From: Gammaproteobacteria bacterium
Lineage (GTDB): Bacteria > Pseudomonadota > Gammaproteobacteria > Eutrophobiales > Eutrophobiaceae
Assembly: GCA_965243205.1 (NCBI GenBank)
Contig: CBDEUK010000002.1
Location: forward strand, 1,056,001 to 1,120,000
Direction of reading: 5' to 3'
DNA length: 64,000 nucleotides
Under the pieces are notes generated by a model. That model was not told the DNA's origin and made no database searches. It saw only the letters and a list, made by a program, of their open reading frames with translations. Position numbers and translations under genes: made by a program. This document shows, in pieces, positions 9,976 through 18,727 of this stretch (within the stretch, counting starts at the first letter, position 1; each line of letters opens with the position of its first letter).

Positions 9976-10946
9976 GCCACACGATCACGCGGTTCTTTGC
10001 CAGCAAAAAAAGCTTCTGCATTTTCAAGAGAACGTAAGCCCATCGCTACGCGAGTTTCAGTGGTCGCACTACCTAAGTGAGGTAACATAACAACGTTATC
10101 CATGCTTAATAATGCTTCGGTGACAGTAGGTTCTTTTTCGAACACATCCAAACCAGCGCCAGCAATCACATTGTTTTGTAATGCTTCTACTAACGCAGCT
10201 TCGTCAACTACATCACCACGTGCAGTATTGATTAAGAACGCTGATGATTTCATTTGTGCGAAACGTTCTGCATTCATTAGTTTGGTATTCGCACCACCGC
10301 CTGGACAATGTAATGTTACATAATCAGAATCTTTTAACACTTCTTCAATGGTGTCGTATTTTGTCGCTGAATATTTATCTACGACTTCTTGTTTTGGTGG
10401 ATACGGATCATAAAAACTGATCGACATACCAAAACCGAAATGCGCTTTGGTTGCAACCGCTTGTGCGATACGACCAAAACCAATAAAACCTAATTTTTTA
10501 CCAGTCGGTTTTCTTGCTAAGAAATGTGTTGGACACCAACCATCCCATTCTTTATTTCGAATTAAACGTTCACCTTCCGCTGCGCGACGTGACACCATTA
10601 ATAATAATGTCATTGCGATATCCGCAGTACAGTCGGTTAACACTTCAGGAGTATTTGTAACGACAACACCTGCAGCCTTGGCAGCTTCTGTATCAATATT
10701 GTTGAAACCAACACCGTAGTTATTTAAGACCTTACAACGACGGCCTTCGACACTTAAGATTTCTTCATTGATTTGGAAATCAGAAACGGTTGGACAAACG
10801 CCATCGTAGTCTTTCATGGCTTGTTTGAGTTCCTCGACAGACATCTTATGATCGTCTTCATTCAAGGTGACATCAAATAGTTCTTTTGCTTTAGCCTCAG
10901 CCTCTTCTGGCCAACGACGGGTTAATAATACTTTAGGTTTGCTCAC
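9972..10946 (-). CDS. D-2-hydroxyacid dehydrogenase (GyaR-type), probable hydroxypyruvate reductase
   Basis: GFIGFGRIA, INTARGDVVDE, GLDVFEKEP, PHLGSAT; 4-bp overlap with ppc. Confidence 0.85.
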   Translation of the reverse strand: MSKPKVLLTRRWPEEAEAKAKELFDVTLNEDDHKMSVEELKQAMKDYDGVCPTVSDFQINEEILSVEGRRCKVLNNYGVGFNNIDTEAAKAAGVVVTNTPEVLTDCTADIAMTLLLMVSRRAAEGERLIRNKEWDGWCPTHFLARKPTGKKLGFIGFGRIAQAVATKAHFGFGMSISFYDPYPPKQEVVDKYSATKYDTIEEVLKDSDYVTLHCPGGGANTKLMNAERFAQMKSSAFLINTARGDVVDEAALVEALQNNVIAGAGLDVFEKEPTVTEALLSMDNVVMLPHLGSATTETRVAMGLRSLENAEAFFAGKEPRDRVA

Positions 10947-10985
10947 GTTATACTCCTTATTCAGGATTGTTCTTTTATTTAGTAA

Positions 10986-11020
10986 TGTCTCGATGTTAGA
11001 GAAATTCTAACATCGAGACA
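10986..11020. other. Perfect 15-bp intergenic hairpin (mRNA stability or partial termination element)
   Basis: TGTCTCGATGTTAGA-GAAAT-TCTAACATCGAGACA between mtkB and the reductase gene. Confidence 0.7.
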
Positions 11021-11032
11021 GTGACGAAATAA

Positions 11033-11920
11033 TTACACTTTCGCCATAACTTCTTTGGCTATATCACCGAAAGAAGATGGGTTAGGTACCACATGGACAC
11101 CACATTCTTTTAAGATTTCTACTTTTTCAGCAGCACTCTCACCGAATGCAGAGATAATCGCACCCGCGTGGCCCATACGACGACCTTTCGGTGCGGTTAA
11201 ACCAGCGATGTAACCCATGACTGGCTTGGTCATGTTTTCTTTAGCCCATTGCGCCGCTTCTGCTTCTTGTGGACCACCGATCTCACCAATTAATAATACC
11301 GCTTTGGTGTCAGGGTCTTGCTCGAAGTATTCGAAATGGTCACGGAAAGAAGAACCGTTGATTGGGTCACCACCAATACCAACAGAGGTACTGATACCGA
11401 TACCTTCAGATTTCATTTGTGAAGCCGCTTCGTAACCTAGAGTTCCAGAACGACCAACCACACCCACATCACCTTTCATATAAATGTGATCTGGCATGAT
11501 GCCCATCATGCCCACTCCTGGGCTAATGGTTCCCGCACAGTTAGGGCCGGTTAGAACCATTTTGTCTTCTTCTTTGTAACGACGCATGTAACGTTTAACA
11601 CGAATCATATCGTGTGCTGGAATACCGTCGGTGATCGCAACACAGAATTTAATGCCTGCGTCCGCCGCTTCCATAATACCGTCCGCTGCGTATGGAGGTG
11701 GAATGAAAACGATACTAGCGTTAGCACCCGTCTCTTCGACGGCTTCTTTTACTGTGTTGAAAACAGGGCGGTCTAAATGTTTTGTTCCGCCTTTACCTGG
11801 GGTAACACCACCCACTACATTGGTGTTGTATTTAATCATCTCTGAGGCGTGGAATGTACCGATCTGACCGGTAAAGCCCTGGACGATAACTTTGGTATCT
11901 TCTGTAATATGAATTGCCAT
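11033..11920 (-). CDS. mtkB: Malate thiokinase small subunit (SucD family)
   Basis: VQGFTG, GPNCAG, MGHAGAII; adjacent to mtkA and mcl. Confidence 0.85.
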   Translation of the reverse strand: MAIHITEDTKVIVQGFTGQIGTFHASEMIKYNTNVVGGVTPGKGGTKHLDRPVFNTVKEAVEETGANASIVFIPPPYAADGIMEAADAGIKFCVAITDGIPAHDMIRVKRYMRRYKEEDKMVLTGPNCAGTISPGVGMMGIMPDHIYMKGDVGVVGRSGTLGYEAASQMKSEGIGISTSVGIGGDPINGSSFRDHFEYFEQDPDTKAVLLIGEIGGPQEAEAAQWAKENMTKPVMGYIAGLTAPKGRRMGHAGAIISAFGESAAEKVEILKECGVHVVPNPSSFGDIAKEVMAKV

Positions 11921-11946
11921 GATTATATCCTCTTGTTTACCGTTGA

Positions 11947-13107
11947 TTATTTAATGGAAGCAACTGCTTTTTGTGCAGCTTCTTCTAAGGTTTCTGCCAT
12001 GATGATTGGAAGACCGCTTTCTTTTAAGATCTTCACACCTTCTTCGACATTGGTACCAGACAAACGACAAATCAAAGGAATTTTTAAATCAATCTTTTGT
12101 ACCGCTTGCACAACACCTTGTGCAACCCAGTCACATCGATTAATACCCGCAAAGATATTCACTAAGATGGCTTCAACATTGTCATCAGACAAAACTAAGT
12201 TGAATGCTTTCTCAGTTCTTTCAGGTGATGCACCACCACCAATATCTAAAAAGTTAGCAGGCTCACCACCAGCGTGTTTGATCATGTCCATGCTCGCCAT
12301 CGCTAGACCAGCACCGTTAATGATACAACCGATGTTGCCATCTAAACCGACATAACTTAAACCACGGTCAGCCGCACGCATTTCACGTGGGTCTTCTTGT
12401 GATTTATCACGTAGCTCAGAAATGTTTGAATGTCTGAACATAGCGTTGTCATCAAAACCCATCTTTGCATCTAACGCTAAGATACGACCGTCACCAGTAA
12501 CAACTAATGGATTGATTTCAACCATGGTTGCATCCAAATCACGGAATGCACGATAACAACCTAAGATAGTAGTCACCGCCTGGCTGATTAATGATTTATC
12601 CAAACCTAATTTGAAAGCAATCTCACGTGCTTCAAACGGTTGCATACCAACCGCAGGTTCAACCGCAAGACGGATAATTGAATCGGGTTTTTCAACCGCG
12701 ATTTCTTCAATCTCCATACCGCCTTCAGCAGATGCTACAACTGAGATACGTTCTTTCGCACGGTCTAAAACAAAACCTAAGTAGATTTCATTTTTAATAT
12801 CAGACGCTGCTTCAACGTATAAACGATGACAGACTTTACCTTGAGGACCGGTTTGATGGGTAACTAAGTTTTTACCTAGTAGTTCATCGGCCGCTGCCCA
12901 AATTTCATCGTCGGTTTTACAAAATTTAATGCCACCTGCTTTACCACGTGCGCCTGAGTGAATTTGAGCTTTAACAACCCAACCTTCACCACCGATTTCT
13001 TTCGCTCGGTAAACTGCTTGTTCAGGACTATAAGCTAGTCCGCCTGGTGCAATAGCCACACCGAAGTCGGACAAGATTTCTTTAGCTTGATATTCATGTA
13101 TATCCAT
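11947..13107 (-). CDS. mtkA: Malate thiokinase large subunit (SucC family)
   Basis: [33 protein letters not shown] (Mtk-type rather than SucC NIFGGI); operon context. Confidence 0.87.
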   Translation of the reverse strand: MDIHEYQAKEILSDFGVAIAPGGLAYSPEQAVYRAKEIGGEGWVVKAQIHSGARGKAGGIKFCKTDDEIWAAADELLGKNLVTHQTGPQGKVCHRLYVEAASDIKNEIYLGFVLDRAKERISVVASAEGGMEIEEIAVEKPDSIIRLAVEPAVGMQPFEAREIAFKLGLDKSLISQAVTTILGCYRAFRDLDATMVEINPLVVTGDGRILALDAKMGFDDNAMFRHSNISELRDKSQEDPREMRAADRGLSYVGLDGNIGCIINGAGLAMASMDMIKHAGGEPANFLDIGGGASPERTEKAFNLVLSDDNVEAILVNIFAGINRCDWVAQGVVQAVQKIDLKIPLICRLSGTNVEEGVKILKESGLPIIMAETLEEAAQKAVASIK

Positions 13108-13149
13108 GACGTTATCCTCTAAATGTTTTTAATAATAGTTATGTTGTAA

Positions 13150-14100
13150 TTATGATTTAGCTGCAATTTGATCCGCTTGAGCAATTAAATTGCGAGCCAT
13201 TTTTTCAGACGCAATATCAATCATCTTGCCATCAAGTTGAGCTGCACCTGCGCCCGCCTTAGCGGCTTCGTCTAATGCTTCAAGTACACGACGAGCATGC
13301 TCAACCGATTTTGCTGGTGGAGACATAACTTCGTTCGCTAATGGAATTTGTTTAGGGTGAATAGCCCATTTACCATCGTAACCAAGAGCCGCAACACGAC
13401 GTGCAGCAGCTTTGTACGCTTCAGGATCACTGAAATCACCAAATGGGCCATCAATCGCGCGTAAACCAAATGCACGACAAGCTGTTAGCATTTGGACTTG
13501 AGAAGTGTGCCATTGATCATTAACCGCACCTTCACATACATAATCTGGGTTTAAGCCACCGATAATGGTGGTACGTGAACGCATACTTGCTGCGTAATCA
13601 CCCACACCAAAGTGGAATGCTTCAAGACGCTTACTTGATGTGGCAATAGACATAACATTAGCACCACCAAGCGCGGTTTCGATTAAACATTCAAAACCAA
13701 TTCTTTTCTCTAGACCCATCGCATCTTCAACTTGCGTGGTCAACATATCAACAGCGTAAACATCGGCAGGAGTACCGACTTTAGGAATCAAAAAGGTATC
13801 AAGTTTAGCGCCTGCTTTTTCGATGACATCAACAACATCACGATACATATAGTGTGTATCTAAGCCATTAATACGTACTGAAATTGTTTTACCGCTCCAA
13901 TCCAGATCATTGATTCCTTCAATCGCGTTTTTACGTGCTTGTTCTTTATCAGGTGGTGCTACAGCATCTTCTAAATCAAGAAAGACGTAATCGGCATCAC
14001 ACTTTGATGCTTTTTCAATCATCCCTGTGTCTGAAGCTGGGACTGCTAATTCACTACGCTGTAAGCGTGGAGTAGCAGGTTCGTATGTTGTAAAACTCAT
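13150..14100 (-). CDS. mcl: Malyl-CoA lyase
   Basis: RLQRSELAVP, FLDLEDAVAP, VRINGLDTHYMYRDV, IDGPFGDFSD, GKWAIHP. Confidence 0.92.
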   Translation of the reverse strand: MSFTTYEPATPRLQRSELAVPASDTGMIEKASKCDADYVFLDLEDAVAPPDKEQARKNAIEGINDLDWSGKTISVRINGLDTHYMYRDVVDVIEKAGAKLDTFLIPKVGTPADVYAVDMLTTQVEDAMGLEKRIGFECLIETALGGANVMSIATSSKRLEAFHFGVGDYAASMRSRTTIIGGLNPDYVCEGAVNDQWHTSQVQMLTACRAFGLRAIDGPFGDFSDPEAYKAAARRVAALGYDGKWAIHPKQIPLANEVMSPPAKSVEHARRVLEALDEAAKAGAGAAQLDGKMIDIASEKMARNLIAQADQIAAKS

Positions 14101-14220
14101 TGTTTTAAGTCTCCTAAGTTTTTAGGCATCACACATATACAACGCGCCTAGTAGTTTATTGTAATTTTTAAAATCTATTATTCAGTCGCACGTTTTCCCA
14201 CTTACTCAATATTCATGTTG

Positions 14221-14297
14221 TTTTGGATTCGCTGAGTGACGTTCGTAGTGCCTGGTACCAATAAGTATTTACGCCAGGGCGTAGTCAGCCTCCAAAA
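14221..14297 (-). promoter_or_regulatory. Candidate structured leader element upstream of mcl
   Basis: Nested stems TTTTGGA/TCCAAAA, GCTGA/TCAGC, CCTGG/CCAGG in a GC-richer patch of an AT-rich intergenic region. Confidence 0.4.
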
Positions 14298-14555
14298 TAA
14301 TGTTTATTTTTTGATTGAGATAAGGGAATGATACAGATTGTTGGTGATAGAAGAGCTAAGCCACTTCCGCAACCTTAGCCCTTTATCGGAATTCTTATCC
14401 TATATAGTCGCCAATATTTTGTGTTTCTTTTGGCTAGACTGTATATTTTATAATGCGGTGCACAATAAAAGTGCGCCCTCTCAATGGCTTATTCTAATCA
14501 TAGAGCTTGCAGCAAAGCAAATAAATCTAGTGATTAAAGTTTGATCTCAATCAAT

Positions 14556-15743
14556 TTATCCCGCTAAACCGCCGAGCAAATCGCGTTTTAAGTCCTCAAT
14601 ATCTTCTAAGCCAACTGAAATCCGTACCAACCCAGGAGAGATCCCAGCCGTCACTCTTTCCTCATCAGTCAGGCGATGGTGAGTGGTAGTTGCAGGATGC
14701 GTAATGGTGCTTTTGGTATCCCCTAGATTCGCTGTGATGGAATAAATTTGCGTCTGGTCGATTAATTTCCAAGCCGCTTCTTTGCCGCCATTTAATACGA
14801 AACTCAATACGCCACCAAAACCCGCTTGTTGCGATTTTGCTAACTCATGTTGCGAATGTGACTCAAGGCCAGGATAGAATACTTTCTCAACAATCGATTG
14901 TTGTTCCAGCCAAGTCGCCAATTCCAACGCTTGTTCACAATGTGCTCGCATTCTAATGGATAATGTCTCTAGACCTTTCAAAAACACCCAGGCATTGAAT
15001 GGGCTCATTGAAGTCCCTGCTGTGCGTAAAAAACCAAAGACCTTATCACCTAGTATTGATTCTGGCCCAACGATGGCTCCACCCACACATCGACCTTGGC
15101 CATCTAAGTATTTTGTCGCTGAGTGAATGATAATGTCTGCACCAAGCTGTAATGGCTTTTGTAAAGCTGGAGTACAAAAACAATTATCCACGACCAATAA
15201 ACAATCATTATCATGGGCAATTTGAGCCAAAGCCTTAATATCGACCAGTTCAGTCAAAGGATTCGACGGCGTTTCCACAAACAGTAATTTTGTTTCTGGT
15301 TTTATTGCGGCTTGCCAACTTTCAAGATTCGATAATTCAACAAATTCTGTATTGATACCGAATTTAGGGAAAATATTATTGAATAGCCCAACTGTCGTTC
15401 CGAAAATACTACGCGATGCGACGATGTGGTCACCCGCTTCTAACAGTGCTAGACATAAGGTTGTAATTGAGCTCATGCCTGATGAAGTAGCAATGCAACG
15501 CTCTCCACCTTCCATCACGGCTAACCTTTCTTCGAATGCTCGAACGGTTGGATTGGTAAAGCGTGAGTAGATATTACCTGCTTCATCTCCAGAGAAACGT
15601 GCAGCAGCTTGGGCAGCATTTTCGAATACAAAACTAGACGTCGGATAGATAGGCTCAGAATGCTCACCTTCGTGAGTTCTACTGATCCCAGCCCTGACCG
15701 ATTGGGTCGCTAGCTCATATTCTGACAAATCAAATTTAGACAT
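14556..15743 (-). CDS. metZ: O-succinylhomoserine sulfhydrylase
   Basis: EHSEPIYPTSSF, YSRFTNPT, HSATKYLDGQGR, ANLGDTKS; start reassigned to ATG 15743 with GGAG RBS. Confidence 0.93.
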   Translation of the reverse strand: MSKFDLSEYELATQSVRAGISRTHEGEHSEPIYPTSSFVFENAAQAAARFSGDEAGNIYSRFTNPTVRAFEERLAVMEGGERCIATSSGMSSITTLCLALLEAGDHIVASRSIFGTTVGLFNNIFPKFGINTEFVELSNLESWQAAIKPETKLLFVETPSNPLTELVDIKALAQIAHDNDCLLVVDNCFCTPALQKPLQLGADIIIHSATKYLDGQGRCVGGAIVGPESILGDKVFGFLRTAGTSMSPFNAWVFLKGLETLSIRMRAHCEQALELATWLEQQSIVEKVFYPGLESHSQHELAKSQQAGFGGVLSFVLNGGKEAAWKLIDQTQIYSITANLGDTKSTITHPATTTHHRLTDEERVTAGISPGLVRISVGLEDIEDLKRDLLGGLAG

Positions 15744-15802
15744 TATAACTCCAACTATTTTCTGGCCTGAGTTCGAATAGCGGGAAGATAATGCTAGACA
15801 TC

Positions 15803-15850
15803 GTCGCTGCAAACGTCCTGTCTTCTCGCGACATACAGTACATCCTGTAC
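15803..15850 (-). promoter_or_regulatory. Two GGA-loop hairpins (CsrA/RsmA-type sites) in the metZ leader
   Basis: GTAC-AGGAT-GTAC and AGAC-AGGAC-GTTT, the second enclosed by GTCGC/GCGAC. Confidence 0.5.
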
Positions 15851-15852
15851 AT

Positions 15853-15886
15853 AAAAAAACCCGCTATCAGCATTTGCTAAAGCAGG
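15853..15886 (-). terminator. Riboswitch-linked intrinsic terminator in the metZ leader
   Basis: CCTGCTTTAGC-AAAT-GCTGATAGCGGG followed by T7. Confidence 0.8.
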
Positions 15887-15943
15887 CCCTCTCTTTAGCG
15901 GTATTTTTAACGCGCCCGCAAGCTGATCTTCAAATCGGCGCAA
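15887..15943 (-). ncRNA. SAM-II-like riboswitch aptamer
   Basis: GCGCC-GATTTGAAGATCAGCTTGCG-GGCGC..AAAAATACCGCTAAAGAGAGGG fits the SAM-II H-type pseudoknot pattern (GAUUU loop, GCUAAA 3' strand) upstream of a methionine gene. Confidence 0.85.
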
Positions 15944-16010
15944 CAAATTTTTATCTAAGTTAGTTCAAGGCGTATAGAAAGTCAATATTCTATGTAATGA
16001 CTTCAGCCTA

Positions 16011-17201
16011 CTAACCGTTCGTATAGAGATAGCCTCCGACAGTAAACAATAGGAAACCTATTAATAATAACCATAGAATTAAACGTTCACGTAAAGCAGT
16101 ATGTACAATACGTTTACCACTATGAATCGAAGCTGTTTGTCCAATACGCTTTTCTAAAGTCTTGAGTACTTTATCAACCTGTAGAAATGAATCAGTGTTG
16201 GTATGTTGGGTCTTAACGCCTTGCGGTTCTGTGCTCGCAGGTAATTCAGTGGTTTCTTCTGCATCTCTAACTTTGGCATGTATTTCAGAGAAGTTTTTAA
16301 TCTCCTGTGTGCTCTCATAAAGTCGCGCACGGTTTTCTTCATTGATAGAGATAATCCGACGCTTAACCGCTTCAACCACATGATTCGCACTTTGAAAACG
16401 CTGTTCTAAATCAAACGCCATCATGCGTTTAACAATTTCAATCGTTCCTTTACCACATGCCGTTGGGTGTTCGTAAGAAATTGAGCCCGATAGATGTCCA
16501 TGAATAATATCTTGTACGGTCGCACCACTCACAGGTAAACGACGAAACGCCATGTAATAAGCCACACAACCCAAACTGTAAATATCACTGCGTTTATCTA
16601 ATGGGGCTTCAGGATTAAATGTTTCAGGTGCCATAAAAGCAGGAGAACCCATAACCACTGATGCTCGTGTAATGGTTGAGTCTTGAATATCACGAGCTAA
16701 GCCAAGATCGGTTATATAAGGTCGACCTTGTCGTGAGAGTAAAATATTTTTTGGTTTAATATCGCGATTAATAATGCCATTACGATGCGCTTCTTGAACC
16801 GCCGAACTGGTCATGCGTAATAATTTGAGGATATTCATTTCCTCTACATGATCATAATGAGCTTTTACGAATTCATCTAAGGTAAAGCCATCGACAAAAT
16901 CGATAACAATATAAGGGCGGCCTTCAAATTGACCGTAATCGATAATACGTGTGATACAGCTATGATTGAGTTTGGCGACTAGTTTCGCTTCACGTTCGAA
17001 ACGCAGGATGTATTCTTCACGTGATGTTTCCAAAAGTTCATCACGTACTAATTTAACTGCAACATCAATATCCAGGTTTTCATGGTAGCCCTTGAAGACC
17101 ATACCCATTGACCCTTCACCAATGTAATCGGTAATTTGAATATTGCCAATTTTTTTACCCAGGAAATCGGTGAAATCTACCTGAGTTATTTTTCTATTCA
17201 T
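16011..17201 (-). CDS. Hanks-type Ser/Thr protein kinase with single C-terminal TM helix
   Basis: IGEGSMGMV, VAVK, RFEREAK, NRDIKPKN, DLG, FMAPE, DIYSLG; hydrophobic C-terminus. Confidence 0.92.
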   Translation of the reverse strand: MNRKITQVDFTDFLGKKIGNIQITDYIGEGSMGMVFKGYHENLDIDVAVKLVRDELLETSREEYILRFEREAKLVAKLNHSCITRIIDYGQFEGRPYIVIDFVDGFTLDEFVKAHYDHVEEMNILKLLRMTSSAVQEAHRNGIINRDIKPKNILLSRQGRPYITDLGLARDIQDSTITRASVVMGSPAFMAPETFNPEAPLDKRSDIYSLGCVAYYMAFRRLPVSGATVQDIIHGHLSGSISYEHPTACGKGTIEIVKRMMAFDLEQRFQSANHVVEAVKRRIISINEENRARLYESTQEIKNFSEIHAKVRDAEETTELPASTEPQGVKTQHTNTDSFLQVDKVLKTLEKRIGQTASIHSGKRIVHTALRERLILWLLLIGFLLFTVGGYLYTNG

Positions 17202-17250
17202 GGTGAAATTACTGTACTACCGTATTGTTAAAAATAAATTTTTTATTCGT

Positions 17251-18624
17251 TTAAATATCACGGTGTTCACGATTGAGTAATTCTCTTAATGCAGCCGATA
17301 AACCCTCTAAATCAGAATTTTCTAATCGGTCGAAATGCTCTTTCGCTTCTAATATTTGTTCCTTACGAACTAAATCGACTGCAGTATTTAAATCTTGAAG
17401 AGGTTCTGTGGTCATATGCTCTGTGTAATTCAAACCAATTTTGATTTCATCATCTTTTAGATGAAAAATCGTTATTGACTCAATTAACTTCCACATGAGT
17501 GAACCCGTGATAAAACTCCATAACAAACACACGCCCACTCCTAGACACTGAGTAAGAAAAAATTTATAGGTAGTCAATGGCTGTTCTAAATTTTTATTAT
17601 GTAACTCCAAAGACTCAGGGGTTATTAATATTGGAACAAGAATAATTCCAATAATGGCGGTTATACCATGCGCAGCTATAACATCCGTGGCATCATCAAG
17701 TTTAAGCTGTTCAACAATGCTTGAACTCAAAGGCACAATAATTCCTACTATAATTCCAAGAATCATCGCCGATTCAGGCTGGATCACATCCGCTGATGCT
17801 GAAACCGCGACTAAGCCAGCAACAATACCAATGTATAAACTTTTTAAATTAGCAATCCCTTGATAAGCCCAGGTACTTAACAAAGAAATTAAACCACCAA
17901 AGCTCGCTGCTACCAGTGTATTAATCATAATAATGATTTTGCCATTAGCTGAACTTGGCATGGCTAACATAATGCCAAACCAACCAATGAGTATAATGAT
18001 CATACCTAACGCATACATAGGAGCATTGGTCGTGAATACTTCAACTAAGGCTCCTCGTTGATCAATTCTAGAAGTTCGTGGGTCAAGCTTTCTAATACCC
18101 GCTAGAGCAACACAAGCTCCAGTTAAATGGATAACAGAAGCACCTGCAAAATCATGGAAACCCATTTGCGTTAACCATCCACTACCCCAAACCCAATGCC
18201 CATAAACTGGGTAAATTAACAATGACATGGCAAGTACGATTAATACAAATGGTAAAAACTTACATCTTTCCGCTACTCCGCCTGCAATAAGCGCTACGGA
18301 AACACAACATAAAGCAGCAAATAGTAAAAAGTTAGTCAGCACACTGGTGTTAGACGCATTAAGAAAGAATGACAAATCTCCGATATAGCCGCCAGATTGT
18401 TCTGATGCAGACATTAAAGAATAACCGAAGATATAAAACGTACAGAATACAATGCAAATACTCACCACACTTTTAATGGCCGTATTCATGGTATTCTTTT
18501 TTTGGATAGAGCCGATTTCAATACATAAAAAACCAGCCAATAAAAGTAAGATTAGAGCGATACAAAATAATAATGAAATTGAGTGAGATAGTTCAGTAAC
18601 TGATTGAATCGCTTGTTGTTGCAT
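17251..18624 (-). CDS. Divergent Amt-family membrane protein with C-terminal helical extension
   Basis: GGVAER, HWVWG, DFAGASVIH, GWFG, DDATDVIAAHG; about 11 TM segments. Confidence 0.88.
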   Translation of the reverse strand: MQQQAIQSVTELSHSISLLFCIALILLLLAGFLCIEIGSIQKKNTMNTAIKSVVSICIVFCTFYIFGYSLMSASEQSGGYIGDLSFFLNASNTSVLTNFLLFAALCCVSVALIAGGVAERCKFLPFVLIVLAMSLLIYPVYGHWVWGSGWLTQMGFHDFAGASVIHLTGACVALAGIRKLDPRTSRIDQRGALVEVFTTNAPMYALGMIIILIGWFGIMLAMPSSANGKIIIMINTLVAASFGGLISLLSTWAYQGIANLKSLYIGIVAGLVAVSASADVIQPESAMILGIIVGIIVPLSSSIVEQLKLDDATDVIAAHGITAIIGIILVPILITPESLELHNKNLEQPLTTYKFFLTQCLGVGVCLLWSFITGSLMWKLIESITIFHLKDDEIKIGLNYTEHMTTEPLQDLNTAVDLVRKEQILEAKEHFDRLENSDLEGLSAALRELLNREHRDI

Positions 18625-18727
18625 AAACGATGTTATACCAGAAACCTATACAGTTAGGCCATTACTATTAACGCCTCTACTCATTTACTTCATGAAAACG
18701 TCATATTTGATTAGCAAGCAAAAAACC

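Noticed and set aside
11033-13107. Annotation as succinyl-CoA synthetase sucCD
   Set aside because: [11 protein letters not shown] motif and mcl/ppc context favour malate thiokinase; no sucAB nearby
14160-14300. ZTP (pfl) or glycine riboswitch upstream of mcl
   Set aside because: Lacks the GACTGGCG...CGCCTGGG and GGAGA...CCGAAG signature segments
14338-14544. 68-aa plus-strand ORF
   Set aside because: TTG start, no recognisable motif, lies antisense in the probable mcl promoter region
15744-15812. Longer metZ start given by the ORF track
   Set aside because: Overlaps leader hairpins; ATG 15743 has a proper RBS
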